From positions 44,107 through 108,106 of the forward strand of contig MNDE01000154.1 in NCBI GenBank assembly GCA_001914785.1: a stretch of DNA of 64,000 bases, given 5' to 3'. The position numbers were made by a program, and so were the translations under genes. Shown here piece by piece: positions 28,044 through 38,814 of this stretch. Source of the stretch: Acidobacteria bacterium 13_2_20CM_57_17. Its GTDB lineage: Bacteria > Acidobacteriota > Terriglobia > Acidiferrales > UBA7541. Each line of letters begins with the position of its first letter. Position 1 is the first letter of the stretch. The notes beneath the pieces were generated by a model. It saw only the letters and a list, made by a program, of their open reading frames with translations, was not told where the DNA came from and did no database searches.

Positions 28044-31016
28044 TCAACCGCTCAGCGTTTCTTCATGCGCCGGGCAAATCGGCCTATAGGCGCAATTGCG
28101 GCAGACGAAGCCTCGTTTCGCTCGGAATTCTCCCGCGCGAATGTCCCCAGCTACTTCTTGCACGATTTTCTGCGCTTCATCCAATTGCTTGGCGTCCCGC
28201 GTGGTTTCTTGCCGCTGATTGTCTTGCAAATAATGAAACACGAGCCGTACCGGGTTCAGCTCCAAAATTTCTTTAACAGCCAGCGCGTACAAGCTCAACT
28301 GTAAATCTTTCTTCGCGTCCACATCCTTTTTTGGGCGTCCCGTTTTGTAATCGACGATTTCCACGTCCCGCTCGTTCCCCAACGCATTGATCTGGTCGAT
28401 GCGCCCCTTAATGATCACGTCGTTGTCGAGGGGCAATTCGAACGCCTTCTCCTGCCCCAGCGCTTGCGGCAATTCCTCCATCATACCCGCATGAAACGCT
28501 CGTAACTGCTCCAGCCCGTCTTTCTTGTATTCCTGTTCCTGATATTCGTCCTCGAATCCTTTCGAATTCCATTCTGTCTCAAAAATTCTTTGCACTTCTT
28601 CGAAGGGGAGCTTCACTCCCTTGCGCAGTTGGTCCACAAAACGTTTGATCGTAGTGTGCATCACCGCTCCAAAACTCATCGCCGCCTTCGGTCCCTCTCG
28701 AAGCGACCACAAATACCCGAACAGATACCGTTGCGGGCAAGTCCGGTAGCCGCTCAGCGCTGAAGGGCTGAGCGTCAACGGCTCCGGTGACGGCGGGTGA
28801 AACTCCTCCGCCCAATCCGCGATGCGCGAAAAAATCCTTGCCGGCTCTGCCGCGGCGGGGAAGAGCTGCGCATCTTCTCGATCGTGTTGCGGCGCTCGAT
28901 CCTCCGGTCCCGCAGGAGCCAGTTTTGGCATCATTTGACGCACGTCCTGCCGCTTGATCGCCGGTTCCATAACGATGTCCTCGATGAACACCGGCACTTT
29001 TCCTTTTTTCTCCGTAACAGTCGTGATGGTCAGGCGTTCTTCCGCGCGTGTCAGCGCCACGTAAAACAGCCGCCGCTCTTCCTGGATGTGAAACTGCTCT
29101 GCGGGCGCGCCCTCTTTCATGAGTTCCACAGGGAATTCGAACACGCGCGGCCTCTCGGTTGCCGGAAAGGCGCGGTTGTTCACGCGCAACAGAAACACCT
29201 GCGGAAACTCCAGACCCTTCGCTCCATGGACGGTCATCAACTGCACTGCGTCCGGCGGCGCGTCGTCTTCCAGGCTCACCACTCCGCCGGCCTGAGCGTA
29301 GTAATCCAGATATTCGATAAACTCAGGAAGGCCGCGCGTTTCGCTTTTCGGTTCCCACTCCTTCATGAATTCCGCCAGCCGCTTGACGTATTTTCGGTCG
29401 TGCTGCTTCGCGCGCTGCGGAATCTCCAGCCACTCCGTCAGAGTTCCCAGAATCTCTCGTGCCGTGGAGCGCTTCAGCGTTTTTCTCTGCGAAGAAATAA
29501 ATTCCACCAGTTCCCCGAGCGCCGCATGCGAGCGGTCGAACGCCAGTTGCCCCTGGGGCAGTTGCAGAAGGTCGTAGACTGCCTTTTTCTCTTTTCGCGC
29601 GCGCTCGGCCAGGCGCACTAAGTCCTCCGCTTCCGAGTGCCATGCTGGCGCTGCCAGCACGCGCGCGCAGGCGATGTCGTCGTACGGCGCGGCAATCAGC
29701 CGCAGGTACGCGAGCACGTCTCTTACCAGCGGATGCTCCAGGATGGAAAGTCTCGTGATTACAAAAGGAATCTTTCGCCGCGATAGCTCTTCCACCAGAT
29801 CGTCCCGGTGCGCATGCTGGCGATAGAGCACGGCAAAATCCTTCCAGCGACGCCCTGCTCCATGAATGCGCTCCAGTTCGCTCGCCACCCATCGCGCTTC
29901 TTCTTCCGGAGTTGCCAGCTCCACGATGCGGATTTTTTCGCCAGGAGGTTTGTTTGGCGAGAGGACTTTCTTTGGAAAGTCGGCGCTTACGGCGTTTTGC
30001 CCGATCACTTGCATCGCCACGCGCAGGATGTTCGGCGTCGAGCGGTAGTTCTCCGTTAGCGCCACGCGGAACGATGTGGAGTCCTGGCCCTCCTTCCATC
30101 CCGCAAATCGCTCCAGGAACAATTTGAAACTCCCGAACGAAGCTCCGCGGAACCGGTAAATCGCCTGGTCGTTGTCGCCGACTGCGACGATATTCTTCGC
30201 CGACCCGGCCAGCAGCTCCAGCAGTCGGAGCTGTGCGATGTTGGTATCTTGAAATTCATCCACAAGGATGTAGCGGTATTTGTTTTGCAGAGCCTCGCGC
30301 AGTTGCGTGTCCCGCTCCAGCAGCCCAACCGCTCCGGTGATCAGCGAGCCGAAAGAAACGCGGTTCTTTTCGCGCAGGAGCTCTTCGCTGGCTCGGTAGG
30401 CGCGCGCCAGTTCCTGCTGCAAAGCCACCGTCTCAAGGCGTTCCGCGAAGGTGTCATCGTCCAGCATTCCCCGCTCTGCCTCCAGGCGCGCCGCCAGCCC
30501 GTCGGCATAGCGCTGATAGTCTTCGCCGGATACCAGTTCGTCCTGGCAGCGCGAAAAAAACTCCACGAAATCATTTAGGAATTGCCCGGGGTCGGCCAAT
30601 CTCCGGTATTTTTCCAGACGCAGCCGCCGCAGGTTGCGCCGCAGCAGAATCCAGTGATCGAACTCGTCCAGCATCACGCGTTGCGGTTCGGCTGCCGCCA
30701 GCAGCGTTTCGCAGAAGGAATGAAACGTCGCCAGCGTCACCGCTTTGCCGCGCTCGCCGGTGGCTTTCACCACGCGGGCTTTCATTTCGCCGGCAGCTTT
30801 CTTCGTGAATGTCAGCCCAAGAATATTTTCACCGGAGAGCGTTTCATCCGATTGCAGCAGGTGCCGGATGCGTTCTGTGATGACGCGCGTTTTTCCGGTT
30901 CCCGCGCCGGCAATCACCAGCAGCGGCCCTTCGCCGTGCGTGATCGCACGCCTTTGCGCGTCATTCAGCTTCAGCCCGCTCTCTTCCTGCGGCGTCATTT
31001 CAAACAGCGTGGCCAT
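28044..31016 (-). CDS. UvrD/PcrA-type SF1 helicase fused to a PD-(D/E)xK nuclease with Fe-S-type cysteines (AdnAB/AddAB-like)
   Basis: AGAGTGKT, DEFQD, VGDNDQAIY, ENYRS, TVHGAKGLEF, EERRLFYVALTRA; then TCP, GRID, VDYKTG, QLSLY, CRNC...C. Confidence 0.93.
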   Translation of the reverse strand: MATLFEMTPQEESGLKLNDAQRRAITHGEGPLLVIAGAGTGKTRVITERIRHLLQSDETLSGENILGLTFTKKAAGEMKARVVKATGERGKAVTLATFHSFCETLLAAAEPQRVMLDEFDHWILLRRNLRRLRLEKYRRLADPGQFLNDFVEFFSRCQDELVSGEDYQRYADGLAARLEAERGMLDDDTFAERLETVALQQELARAYRASEELLREKNRVSFGSLITGAVGLLERDTQLREALQNKYRYILVDEFQDTNIAQLRLLELLAGSAKNIVAVGDNDQAIYRFRGASFGSFKLFLERFAGWKEGQDSTSFRVALTENYRSTPNILRVAMQVIGQNAVSADFPKKVLSPNKPPGEKIRIVELATPEEEARWVASELERIHGAGRRWKDFAVLYRQHAHRDDLVEELSRRKIPFVITRLSILEHPLVRDVLAYLRLIAAPYDDIACARVLAAPAWHSEAEDLVRLAERARKEKKAVYDLLQLPQGQLAFDRSHAALGELVEFISSQRKTLKRSTAREILGTLTEWLEIPQRAKQHDRKYVKRLAEFMKEWEPKSETRGLPEFIEYLDYYAQAGGVVSLEDDAPPDAVQLMTVHGAKGLEFPQVFLLRVNNRAFPATERPRVFEFPVELMKEGAPAEQFHIQEERRLFYVALTRAEERLTITTVTEKKGKVPVFIEDIVMEPAIKRQDVRQMMPKLAPAGPEDRAPQHDREDAQLFPAAAEPARIFSRIADWAEEFHPPSPEPLTLSPSALSGYRTCPQRYLFGYLWSLREGPKAAMSFGAVMHTTIKRFVDQLRKGVKLPFEEVQRIFETEWNSKGFEDEYQEQEYKKDGLEQLRAFHAGMMEELPQALGQEKAFELPLDNDVIIKGRIDQINALGNERDVEIVDYKTGRPKKDVDAKKDLQLSLYALAVKEILELNPVRLVFHYLQDNQRQETTRDAKQLDEAQKIVQEVAGDIRAGEFRAKRGFVCRNCAYRPICPAHEETLSG

Positions 31017-31042
31017 GACTCAGGCAGAGTATCGGATTGTGG

Positions 31043-31060
31043 GGCGAAGGGGAAGCGAAG
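31043..31060 (-). promoter_or_regulatory. Putative LexA box
   Basis: Minus strand CTTCGC-TTCCCC-TTCGCC, 26 nt upstream of the helicase ATG. Confidence 0.65.
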
Positions 31061-31082
31061 ATTGCAGAACTTTAGTCCATCC

Positions 31083-31631
31083 CTAACGTTGCGACTTCTC
31101 CCCGACGGCAACCTGCTTGTTGAACTCGCCCGACTTCTTTTTCGGGATCGTTAGCGATTGCCACTTGTCACCGGCGAAGTGCCGCGCGAGATAGACAATT
31201 TGCCCCACGTGATAAGAGTAGTGCGCGATCTGGCGGTTGATTGCTTGCATCACGGAATGCGGCTCTGTCCGAATTGTCACTGTTCGCGACGCGTCCGTAT
31301 CAGTGAGCGGTTCGAGCGCATCGAACAAATATTTCCACCCGCGCTCCCATAGCTCCATCAATTCCGCGCGCGTCGCTGGCGGTTCTTCAAATTCCGTATC
31401 GCGGTTGCGGTCCGGTTTCTCTCCATCGGTGGTCAGAAAATCCGTCCAGCGCGACCGCATGTTGCCGGCCAGGTGTTTTACGATGATGGCGATAGAATTC
31501 GATTCCGCATCCACTACAGTGAAGATCCCTTCGTCCGGACACTGCACCATCGCGCGCTCGCCCAGCTTCTTGTAGTAACGAAAAAGGTCGATGGAATCCT
31601 TCAAGTAGGACGTCGTCAACTGGTGTGCCAT
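31083..31631 (-). CDS. DUF1572 / DinB-like fold protein
   Basis: NSIAIIVKHLAGNMRSRWTDFLTTDGEK, RNRDTEF, HYSYHVGQI. Confidence 0.88.
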   Translation of the reverse strand: MAHQLTTSYLKDSIDLFRYYKKLGERAMVQCPDEGIFTVVDAESNSIAIIVKHLAGNMRSRWTDFLTTDGEKPDRNRDTEFEEPPATRAELMELWERGWKYLFDALEPLTDTDASRTVTIRTEPHSVMQAINRQIAHYSYHVGQIVYLARHFAGDKWQSLTIPKKKSGEFNKQVAVGEKSQR

Positions 31632-31797
31632 AGCGCCATTTTCTACCGTGGACGGAACTTGTCAACCTCCGCTTTCATTTCTGACGCGCACGTCAATTTT
31701 CATTCATCGCAGGCAACCGAGCGCCTCGCTCGCGCAACGAAACAGAGCACGAGTTGAGCCGCCCGAAGAACGGTTTCGAGCGACGAGAAAGAAATGC

Positions 31798-31827
31798 TTG
31801 ACAATTCGCTTTTTGTTCGCCTAATAT
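31798..31827 (+). promoter_or_regulatory. Sigma70 promoter with putative LexA box in the spacer
   Basis: TTGACA (31798-803), ATTCGC-TTTTTG-TTCGCC (31804-21), TAATAT (31822-27). Confidence 0.8.
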
Positions 31828-31866
31828 CGCTGCGCTGAAATTTCGAATTTCACAACGGAGGTTCGT

Positions 31867-32400
31867 ATGACCATTGGACAAACCATGCTGTCCGAATTCG
31901 ACGAGGAGATGAAAAACACCCGCAAAGTCCTGGAACGCTGTCCCGACGAAAAGTGGAACTGGAAGCCGCACGAAAAATCCGGCACGCTCGGCTGGCTCGC
32001 CGGCCACGTCGGCACTGTCCCTGAGTGGATTACCATGACCATTAACACGGAAGAGCTCGATTACGCCCCCGTTGGAGGCCCCGCCTTTGAGCCGCCGAAA
32101 ATCACCAACCGCAAGGAACTCCTGGCTGCTTTTGATAAAGGCGCTGCCGAAGCCCGCGCTGCGCTCGCCAAAGTCAGTGACGCCGACATGGCGAAAGGTT
32201 GGAAACTGCTGGCAGGTGGCCAGGAGATCTTCACCATGCCGCGTGTCGCGTGCATTCGCGGCATGTGCCTCAACCATCTCATCCATCATCGCGCGCAGCT
32301 CACGGTTTACTTCCGGCTCATCGGAGTTCCCGTGCCAGGCCTCTACGGTCCCAGCGCGGATGAAAGCCAGCCGGGCGCGGCCGAAGCGGCGGCTCATTGA
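31867..32400 (+). CDS. DinB-family (Bacillus-type damage-inducible, four-helix bundle) protein
   Basis: WKPHEKS..LGWLAGH, NHLIHHRAQL.VY.R, VPGLYGPSAD. Confidence 0.9.
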   Translation: MTIGQTMLSEFDEEMKNTRKVLERCPDEKWNWKPHEKSGTLGWLAGHVGTVPEWITMTINTEELDYAPVGGPAFEPPKITNRKELLAAFDKGAAEARAALAKVSDADMAKGWKLLAGGQEIFTMPRVACIRGMCLNHLIHHRAQLTVYFRLIGVPVPGLYGPSADESQPGAAEAAAH

Positions 32401-32420
32401 GCCCAGCATGATTTATCTGG

Positions 32421-32447
32421 GGGGCGGAGCAATCCGCCCTGTGTTTT
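32421..32447 (+). terminator. Intrinsic terminator
   Basis: GGGGCGGA-GCAA-TCCGCCCT followed by GTGTTTT. Confidence 0.7.
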
Positions 32448-32516
32448 GTCCGTGGCGACAGCCTCCTTCATCGCATCGCGCTATAATAGTGTGCGTCTCT
32501 CCTCTGGAGGCGCGTC

Positions 32517-33707
32517 ATGACCACGGAAACCCCCGTCATTCTCTCCGCTGTTCGAACGCCCATCGGCAAATTCCAGGGCGGCCTTGCTGGATTCTCCGCG
32601 CCCGAACTTGGCGGCAAAATCGTCGCTGAAGCGATTCGCCGTGCGGGCCTCGATTCAAATCAGATTGACGAAGCGATCCTGGGCAACGTGGTGCAGGCGG
32701 GCCTCGGACAGAATCCCGCGCGCCAGGCTGCGCTCAAGGGCGGCTGCAATCCTCGCGTCGCTGCCATGACCATTAATAAAGTCTGCGGCTCCGGATTGAA
32801 GGCCGTCGCTTTGGCCGCACAAGCCGTGCAGCTTGGCGAATCGGAAATCGTCGTCGCAGGGGGCATGGAGTCCATGTCGAACTGTCCGTATCTTTTGCCG
32901 CAAGCGCGCACGGGTTACCGCATCGGTGATGGAAAAATTGTCGACTCCATGATCAATGACGGCCTCTGGGACGCTTACGAAAATTTTCACATGGGCATGA
33001 CCGGCGAACTGGTCGCCGAAAAATACGGCATTACGCGCGAAGAGCAGGACCGCTTCGCGTTCGAGAGCCACCAGAAAGCGGTGCGCGCGCGTAAGTCCTG
33101 CTTCTTCGAAGCGCAAATTCTGCCCATCGAAGTGCCGCAGAAAAAAGGCGAGCCGTTCGTCATCAAATACGATGAATCGCCGCGTGAAGACACGAGCATG
33201 GAAGCGCTCGGGAAATTAAAGCCCGCGTTCAAAAGAGATGGGACAGTCACCGCAGGCAATGCGCCCGGCACCAACGATGGCGCGGCGGCGCTGGTGGTCA
33301 CCAGCGAGCGCAACGCTTCGCGCCTCGGCAAGCAGCCCGTCGCGCGCATCGTCGCACAAGCCTTCAGCGGCGTGGAACCTAAGTGGGTGATGATGGCGCC
33401 CGTTGACGCTGTCGAAAAGCTCCTCACAAAAACCGGCTGGGACCGCGACAAAGATGTTGATTTGGTCGAGTTGAACGAAGCTTTTTCCGTTGCGGCCATC
33501 GCCGTCACGCGTCAGCTCAAACTCAATCCCGAAAGAGTAAACGTCAATGGCGGCGCGGTCGCGCTCGGTCATCCCATTGGCGCGAGCGGCGCGCGCATCC
33601 TCGTTACCCTGCTCTATGAATTGGAGCGCCGCAACCTTAAGCGCGGCATTGCCGCACTCTGCCTCGGCGGAGGCAACGCCGTTGCCCTCGCCGTCGAACG
33701 TTTCTAA
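32517..33707 (+). CDS. Acetyl-CoA C-acetyltransferase (thiolase)
   Basis: [27 protein letters not shown]. Confidence 0.97.
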   Translation: MTTETPVILSAVRTPIGKFQGGLAGFSAPELGGKIVAEAIRRAGLDSNQIDEAILGNVVQAGLGQNPARQAALKGGCNPRVAAMTINKVCGSGLKAVALAAQAVQLGESEIVVAGGMESMSNCPYLLPQARTGYRIGDGKIVDSMINDGLWDAYENFHMGMTGELVAEKYGITREEQDRFAFESHQKAVRARKSCFFEAQILPIEVPQKKGEPFVIKYDESPREDTSMEALGKLKPAFKRDGTVTAGNAPGTNDGAAALVVTSERNASRLGKQPVARIVAQAFSGVEPKWVMMAPVDAVEKLLTKTGWDRDKDVDLVELNEAFSVAAIAVTRQLKLNPERVNVNGGAVALGHPIGASGARILVTLLYELERRNLKRGIAALCLGGGNAVALAVERF

Positions 33708-33724
33708 ATTCTCGAAATTATTTT

Positions 33725-34168
33725 TTACTGGACGAGCGTGCTTTGGCTGGCCACGCATTTCCACTGGCCGTTCTGCTTGATCCAGGTGTCCGTGAATCGC
33801 GCTCGCCGCGTGTACGGTTTTCCCTTGGTCATTCCCGTTTCGCGATAGACGCCGGAGACTACTCCCGCGTTGCTGTAGACATGAACCTGCATGCCCTCGT
33901 CGTACATGTGGTCCGGAGTCGAACTGGGGCTGGCAACGGATCGCAGGTATTCCGCTCTAGTCTTGAGTGAGCCGTCGTAATCCACATAAACGAGCGTGTC
34001 GTCGAAGAGCGAAGCGATGGCTCCGGCGTCGCGTCCCATTTCCGCTTGATTCCAGGAGCGTTCCAGTTGGATGAGCTGAGTTTCGTCGTCGGCCGCTTTG
34101 GCGCGCCCCTGGATCAGGACTACGAACCCGACCGCCATGATCGGCACAAGCAGCAAAATTCTTCTCAT
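33725..34168 (-). CDS. Exported NTF2-like (DUF4440) protein
   Basis: GGAGG RBS, signal peptide; LERSW, RFTDTWIKQNGQWKCVASQ. Confidence 0.88.
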   Translation of the reverse strand: MRRILLLVPIMAVGFVVLIQGRAKAADDETQLIQLERSWNQAEMGRDAGAIASLFDDTLVYVDYDGSLKTRAEYLRSVASPSSTPDHMYDEGMQVHVYSNAGVVSGVYRETGMTKGKPYTRRARFTDTWIKQNGQWKCVASQSTLVQ

Positions 34169-34554
34169 GAGGACTTCCCTCCACGTGCTAAACGTTACGG
34201 CAACAATGCTATCGGCCACTTCGTCCGTCAAGAAGAAAGGGCGCTAAGGAAGCGGTGAAGTAACAGCCCGCCATATTCCTCGGAAAATTCTAAGGAGCTG
34301 ACCGACGCATATCTTCTCTGGACCGGGAATACACCTTGTGGCAATATGCGAGCCGCTCATTCTGCGTAAGCCGTGTCTCGGAAGATTATTCGGGTATTTA
34401 CCTGACTGGAATTTCGAGCATGGCAAGAATAGAGTACCGCGGGGCGGGGAGGGTGGTCTCCACGTCCGGTCGGTGTTCGGGAAACAGGGTCGGTGTCCGG
34501 AAAAACAGGTCGGCCCAGGAACCAGCTTTCATTCTTCTCGCGATGGGGTGACGT

Positions 34555-37500
34555 ATGATGAATGCCTTCTCCAAATTTGTGCTGGTAGTGTGCTTTGCCT
34601 TGTTCGTTTCGCAGGGATTGCTCGCGCAGTCAGACCTCGGCAAGATTTCAGGTTTTATCAAGGACCCGTCAGGCGCGACGATTGCCAACGCCAAGGTTAC
34701 GATTCGAAATAACACGGGCGGCGTCGAGCGCCAAACGACGACCAACGATTCCGGGTACTACGTCGTTACGAATGTGCCGCCTGGCCTCTACACGATGATC
34801 GCAGAGGCAACTGGTTTCCAGAAGTACGAGAGCACGAACAACAAGCTAGATCCGGCCGCGGATCTCGTCATCGATGCGACGCTGAGCGTTGGTTCGTCCA
34901 GTCAAACCGTCGAGGTTTCGGCATCGACGGTGCAACTGCAGACGGAATCAGCAGCAGTGCAAAAACTGGTCACACGGGAACAGATTGACTTGCTCGAGTT
35001 GAATGGGCGGAACCCGATCGGCCTCGCGGGACTGGTTCCCGGGGCACGCGGCGGCACGGCGGCGAGCCTGACGTTTGCTTTCAGCCAGGGTCCGGCGAAT
35101 TTCAACGGCTCGCGCAACCCGGAGAATTTGATCACCTACGACGGTGCTCCGGCTACGCGCACGCGCTCCAACGGAACGAGCCTGGGTGCCGCGGACGTGG
35201 ACTCCACACAGGAAGTCGAGATACTGACCTCGAACTACGCCCCTGAGTATGGCCGCACGTCCGGCGCGCAGATTCGCATCGTCACTAAGACCGGCACGCA
35301 GAACTTCCACGGCGCCGCTTACGAATACCTGAGGAATGACGCGTTCAACGCCAACACCTGGACGCGCAACACTAATGCTTTGACAGCGTATGTGGCGCCC
35401 ATGAAATACAACCAGTTTGGATACAACCTCGGCGGCCCGTTCTACATCCCCGGGAAATTCAACACCAATAAGAAAAAGGTTTTCTTCTATTGGGGGGAGG
35501 AATGGGTCAAGTACCACTTTCTCGAATCGGGTTCATCGGTCGGGTCGGCAGGCCTGCTATCGGTTCCGACGCTCAAAATGCGGCAAGGGGATTTCAGCGA
35601 ATTGCTCAGCCCGAATCCCTTCTACTCAGCAACCAAGATTATCAACGATCCGAACACGGGCACGCAATTCGTTGCATCAGCGAGTCCCGCCGCCCCCAAT
35701 TACAGTCCCGCTTGCACGAGCGCGGCTGGCTGTCCCAACGTCATCCCGGTCAACCGACTTAGCCCGAACGGCGTCGGCATCCTGAATGCGTGGCCAATTC
35801 CCAACCTCACGAACTTTATCGGCGGCAATGGCAACTGGTTTGCCGCGAAGCTGCACACTTTCGACCAGCGCAAGGATACCGCCGGTGTGGATGTAAACCT
35901 CACAGAGAAGCAGCGTCTCAGGTTTCACGCAATGAATTACGCATATCTGGAGTACCAACCTCTTGACGGCAATACCGATCGCACCCCGAAGTTTTTCAAT
36001 CGCCCCAACAAGACCGGCTCACTCAACCATACGTGGACGCTCAACCCCAGAATGGTGAATGAGGTTCTGATCAGCGCCAGCGAGGACGTCGTGTTGATAC
36101 CTGTCGACACGGCGAACTTCTTCGATCGAACGAAGGCGTGCGCACAATCCACCGTGCCATGCAGCCTCAATTACCCCTACATATTTCCGACTGGGAAGCT
36201 GCTTCCGAACCGCATCCCGACGGTGAATTTGTCCAACTTCTCGGGACTGAGCGGCGGGCCGTATCCGTCGCATTCCGCGGGCCCCATCTATGACATATCC
36301 GACAGCTTCACCTGGGTAAAACAAAATCACACGCTGAAATTCGGTGCTCTTTGGGAGCGCTCCGGCGAAAACGACAATGACGAGATAAACGTTCAGGCTT
36401 GCCCGACTTGTACGAACAACCAGAATGGCCAATTCCTCTTCACCGATGGCCGTGCCGGCGGGACAGGGGTCGCCGCCGCTAACGCCGCTTTGGGCCTGTT
36501 CGACAGCTATTCAGAAATCGGGCATCGTGCATACACGATCTTTCGCGCCAACATGTGGGAGTCGTTCGCGCAAGACTCTTGGAAGATGAGGCAGAATTTG
36601 ACTCTTACCTTCGGCCTCCGCTATTCCGTCATTGTTCCCTACCATGCCCTGTGGGGAAACATGATTGTTTTCGACCCGCGGTTTTATGATCCGGCTAAGG
36701 CAGTTACCATCAGCCCGACGACCGGTCTCATTCAAGGCACCGTTGACCCAAAGACGGGTCTTGTTACCGGCACCGGAGCAGACACTTATAACGGCATGGT
36801 CATCCCCGGCAGCGGGTTCCCATCTTCCGCAATAAAGCACTTTCCGGAGGCCGACCCGACTCAGTTCGATTTCAGCCGCCTGTTTCGCGGCGTTTCCGAC
36901 CATTACTCCGACATTCAGTGGGGTGAAATCCAGCCTCGTCTCGGTATTGCTTACCAGTTGAACAAAAAGAACGTGTTTCGCCTTGGCGCGGGGCGCTACA
37001 CGACTCGTTTGGGCGTGAGTGACTCGATCTTCCTCGGCGGGAATCCGCCGTTCCAACCGAACGCCAGTGTCGCCAACGGCTCGGCAGATAACCCCGGAGC
37101 TGGCGGCGGAGCCAACATTACCCGGGTGGTCACAACGCAAAGCAAAGGTTTTAAGCCTCCTGAATCGTGGGCCTGGAATGTCACCTATGAGCGCGAGATG
37201 TTCTGGAAGTCGCTCGTGAGTGTAGGATACGTGGCACGTCGCGGCTTGCATCTGCAGCGCGAGGCCGACATCAACCAGCCGACGACAGCAGTTGTGGCGG
37301 CGAATCCTGGTGTCAACATTAACGCGCTGCGGCCCTACAAGGGCTTCGGCTCCATTCGACAAACGGATAACGCAGCCAACTCCATGTATAATTCACTCCA
37401 GATTTCTTGGAACCGCCGCTACTCGAACGGGCTACTGTTCGGAGCGTCCTACACATTGTCCAAGAGCATAGACAATGGCTCGAACCAGCGTGACGTTGTC

Positions 37501-38127
37501 CCCGATACATATGACATAAGCATGCTATGGGGCCCGTCGGAATTCGACGCCCGGCACATCTTGGTGTTCAACTACCTCTACGACCTGCCATTCTTCAAGG
37601 ACCGCTCCAAGTTGACTGGGAAGGTGATAGGGGGCTGGCAAATCAGCGGCATCACTCAGTTCCAGACAGGCACGCCCTGCGGCGCTGCCGAGGCTAAAGA
37701 CTACGCTGGCGTGGGCCTGGACTCGAACTTTGGGTGCGGTACTAACGGGCAGTATTATACCGTCAACGGCACTCCCAGAATCATCGGAACGTTCGGCACC
37801 ACTGGTCAGTGGTTCGACACCTCAGTTTTCTCCAAACCGGCTGCGGGAACTTTCAACACGCAGCGCGTTCGCGACTTGATCTACCAGCCCGGATACCAGA
37901 ACTGGAACCTTGGGCTGTTCAAGACGTTCCCCATTACCGAGAAAATAGGTCTCCAGTTCCGCGCCGAGGCGTACAACTTCATCAACCACCCAAACTGGGG
38001 CGGAGGTAGCGGCGGCGGCGTGAACTTCAATCCGACCAGCTCAAACTTTGGGAAAGTGACAACAAAGGGAGGCGGTGTCGCGGGCGGCGAGCGGAACCTG
38101 CAGCTGTCGCTGCGCTTCTATTTCTAG
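34555..38127 (+). CDS. TonB-dependent outer-membrane receptor (Oar-like) with carboxypeptidase-regulatory N-domain
   Basis: ISGFIKDPSGATIANAKVT, LELNGRN, YAPEYGR, FHGAAYEYLRN, QFRAEAYNFINHPN, C-terminal QLSLRFYF. Confidence 0.95.
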   Translation: MMNAFSKFVLVVCFALFVSQGLLAQSDLGKISGFIKDPSGATIANAKVTIRNNTGGVERQTTTNDSGYYVVTNVPPGLYTMIAEATGFQKYESTNNKLDPAADLVIDATLSVGSSSQTVEVSASTVQLQTESAAVQKLVTREQIDLLELNGRNPIGLAGLVPGARGGTAASLTFAFSQGPANFNGSRNPENLITYDGAPATRTRSNGTSLGAADVDSTQEVEILTSNYAPEYGRTSGAQIRIVTKTGTQNFHGAAYEYLRNDAFNANTWTRNTNALTAYVAPMKYNQFGYNLGGPFYIPGKFNTNKKKVFFYWGEEWVKYHFLESGSSVGSAGLLSVPTLKMRQGDFSELLSPNPFYSATKIINDPNTGTQFVASASPAAPNYSPACTSAAGCPNVIPVNRLSPNGVGILNAWPIPNLTNFIGGNGNWFAAKLHTFDQRKDTAGVDVNLTEKQRLRFHAMNYAYLEYQPLDGNTDRTPKFFNRPNKTGSLNHTWTLNPRMVNEVLISASEDVVLIPVDTANFFDRTKACAQSTVPCSLNYPYIFPTGKLLPNRIPTVNLSNFSGLSGGPYPSHSAGPIYDISDSFTWVKQNHTLKFGALWERSGENDNDEINVQACPTCTNNQNGQFLFTDGRAGGTGVAAANAALGLFDSYSEIGHRAYTIFRANMWESFAQDSWKMRQNLTLTFGLRYSVIVPYHALWGNMIVFDPRFYDPAKAVTISPTTGLIQGTVDPKTGLVTGTGADTYNGMVIPGSGFPSSAIKHFPEADPTQFDFSRLFRGVSDHYSDIQWGEIQPRLGIAYQLNKKNVFRLGAGRYTTRLGVSDSIFLGGNPPFQPNASVANGSADNPGAGGGANITRVVTTQSKGFKPPESWAWNVTYEREMFWKSLVSVGYVARRGLHLQREADINQPTTAVVAANPGVNINALRPYKGFGSIRQTDNAANSMYNSLQISWNRRYSNGLLFGASYTLSKSIDNGSNQRDVVPDTYDISMLWGPSEFDARHILVFNYLYDLPFFKDRSKLTGKVIGGWQISGITQFQTGTPCGAAEAKDYAGVGLDSNFGCGTNGQYYTVNGTPRIIGTFGTTGQWFDTSVFSKPAAGTFNTQRVRDLIYQPGYQNWNLGLFKTFPITEKIGLQFRAEAYNFINHPNWGGGSGGGVNFNPTSSNFGKVTTKGGGVAGGERNLQLSLRFYF

Positions 38128-38150
38128 CTGTCGCTATCCTGCGCACGGCA

Positions 38151-38789
38151 CTAGGCTGTGCCTTGCGCGGGAATCTCGGCGGCGTTTAGCGCTGATTTCA
38201 GATCGTTGCCGCAGTAGGGGCAGAACTTGTCGGATTCCGCGATTTCGCGCTTGCACTGCGGGCACGAAGGATGCAAGTTGCACTTGCAGTTCGGGCAGAA
38301 GTTGAACCGCGCGCCCACGGTGTTTCCGCATTGCGGGCAAGGATACGGAAGCGGCTCGCGCATCAGAAAATAAATCACGAAGCCGATGAAGCCCCACGCG
38401 GGCAGAAGAATAAGCACAAGAATTGTCCACAAGGCAGCGCTCATTCCGCGGCGCGAAGCATCGCGGTTGACGTAGGCGATCATGAAAATCATCACCGCCA
38501 TGCAAAGGCTGGCCGCGGTGACGATTCCTGCCAAAGCTAACGATGCCAGCGCCGGGTTATCCCGCAGTTCCGGCGGAAAAATCTGGTCCCCGCGCTGAGG
38601 CGCGCTCATGTTCACCAGAAAAGCGATTGCTTGCGCGGCGAGGAAGAGCACAATCACCAGAATAATCAGCCATCGGGGAATAATTCCAAACTCTTGCCAG
38701 AAGCGCAGATTTTCTTTCCGCCGTCGAAGGCGAATCAGACGCTTTCTCTCGTTGAATGAATCGGTCACGCGTTGCTGGTAGTCAGACAT
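38151..38789 (-). CDS. Membrane protein with double zinc ribbon
   Basis: TM helices, YVNRDASRRGM, four CxxC pairs. Confidence 0.88.
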   Translation of the reverse strand: MSDYQQRVTDSFNERKRLIRLRRRKENLRFWQEFGIIPRWLIILVIVLFLAAQAIAFLVNMSAPQRGDQIFPPELRDNPALASLALAGIVTAASLCMAVMIFMIAYVNRDASRRGMSAALWTILVLILLPAWGFIGFVIYFLMREPLPYPCPQCGNTVGARFNFCPNCKCNLHPSCPQCKREIAESDKFCPYCGNDLKSALNAAEIPAQGTA

Positions 38790-38814
38790 TCTTTTCTCTC
38801 TCCACGTGTCGCAG

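Noticed and set aside
31867-32400. DNA polymerase IV (dinB)
   Set aside because: 177 aa with a His-triad helical bundle; this is the unrelated DinB/YfiT family, so no gene symbol was assigned.
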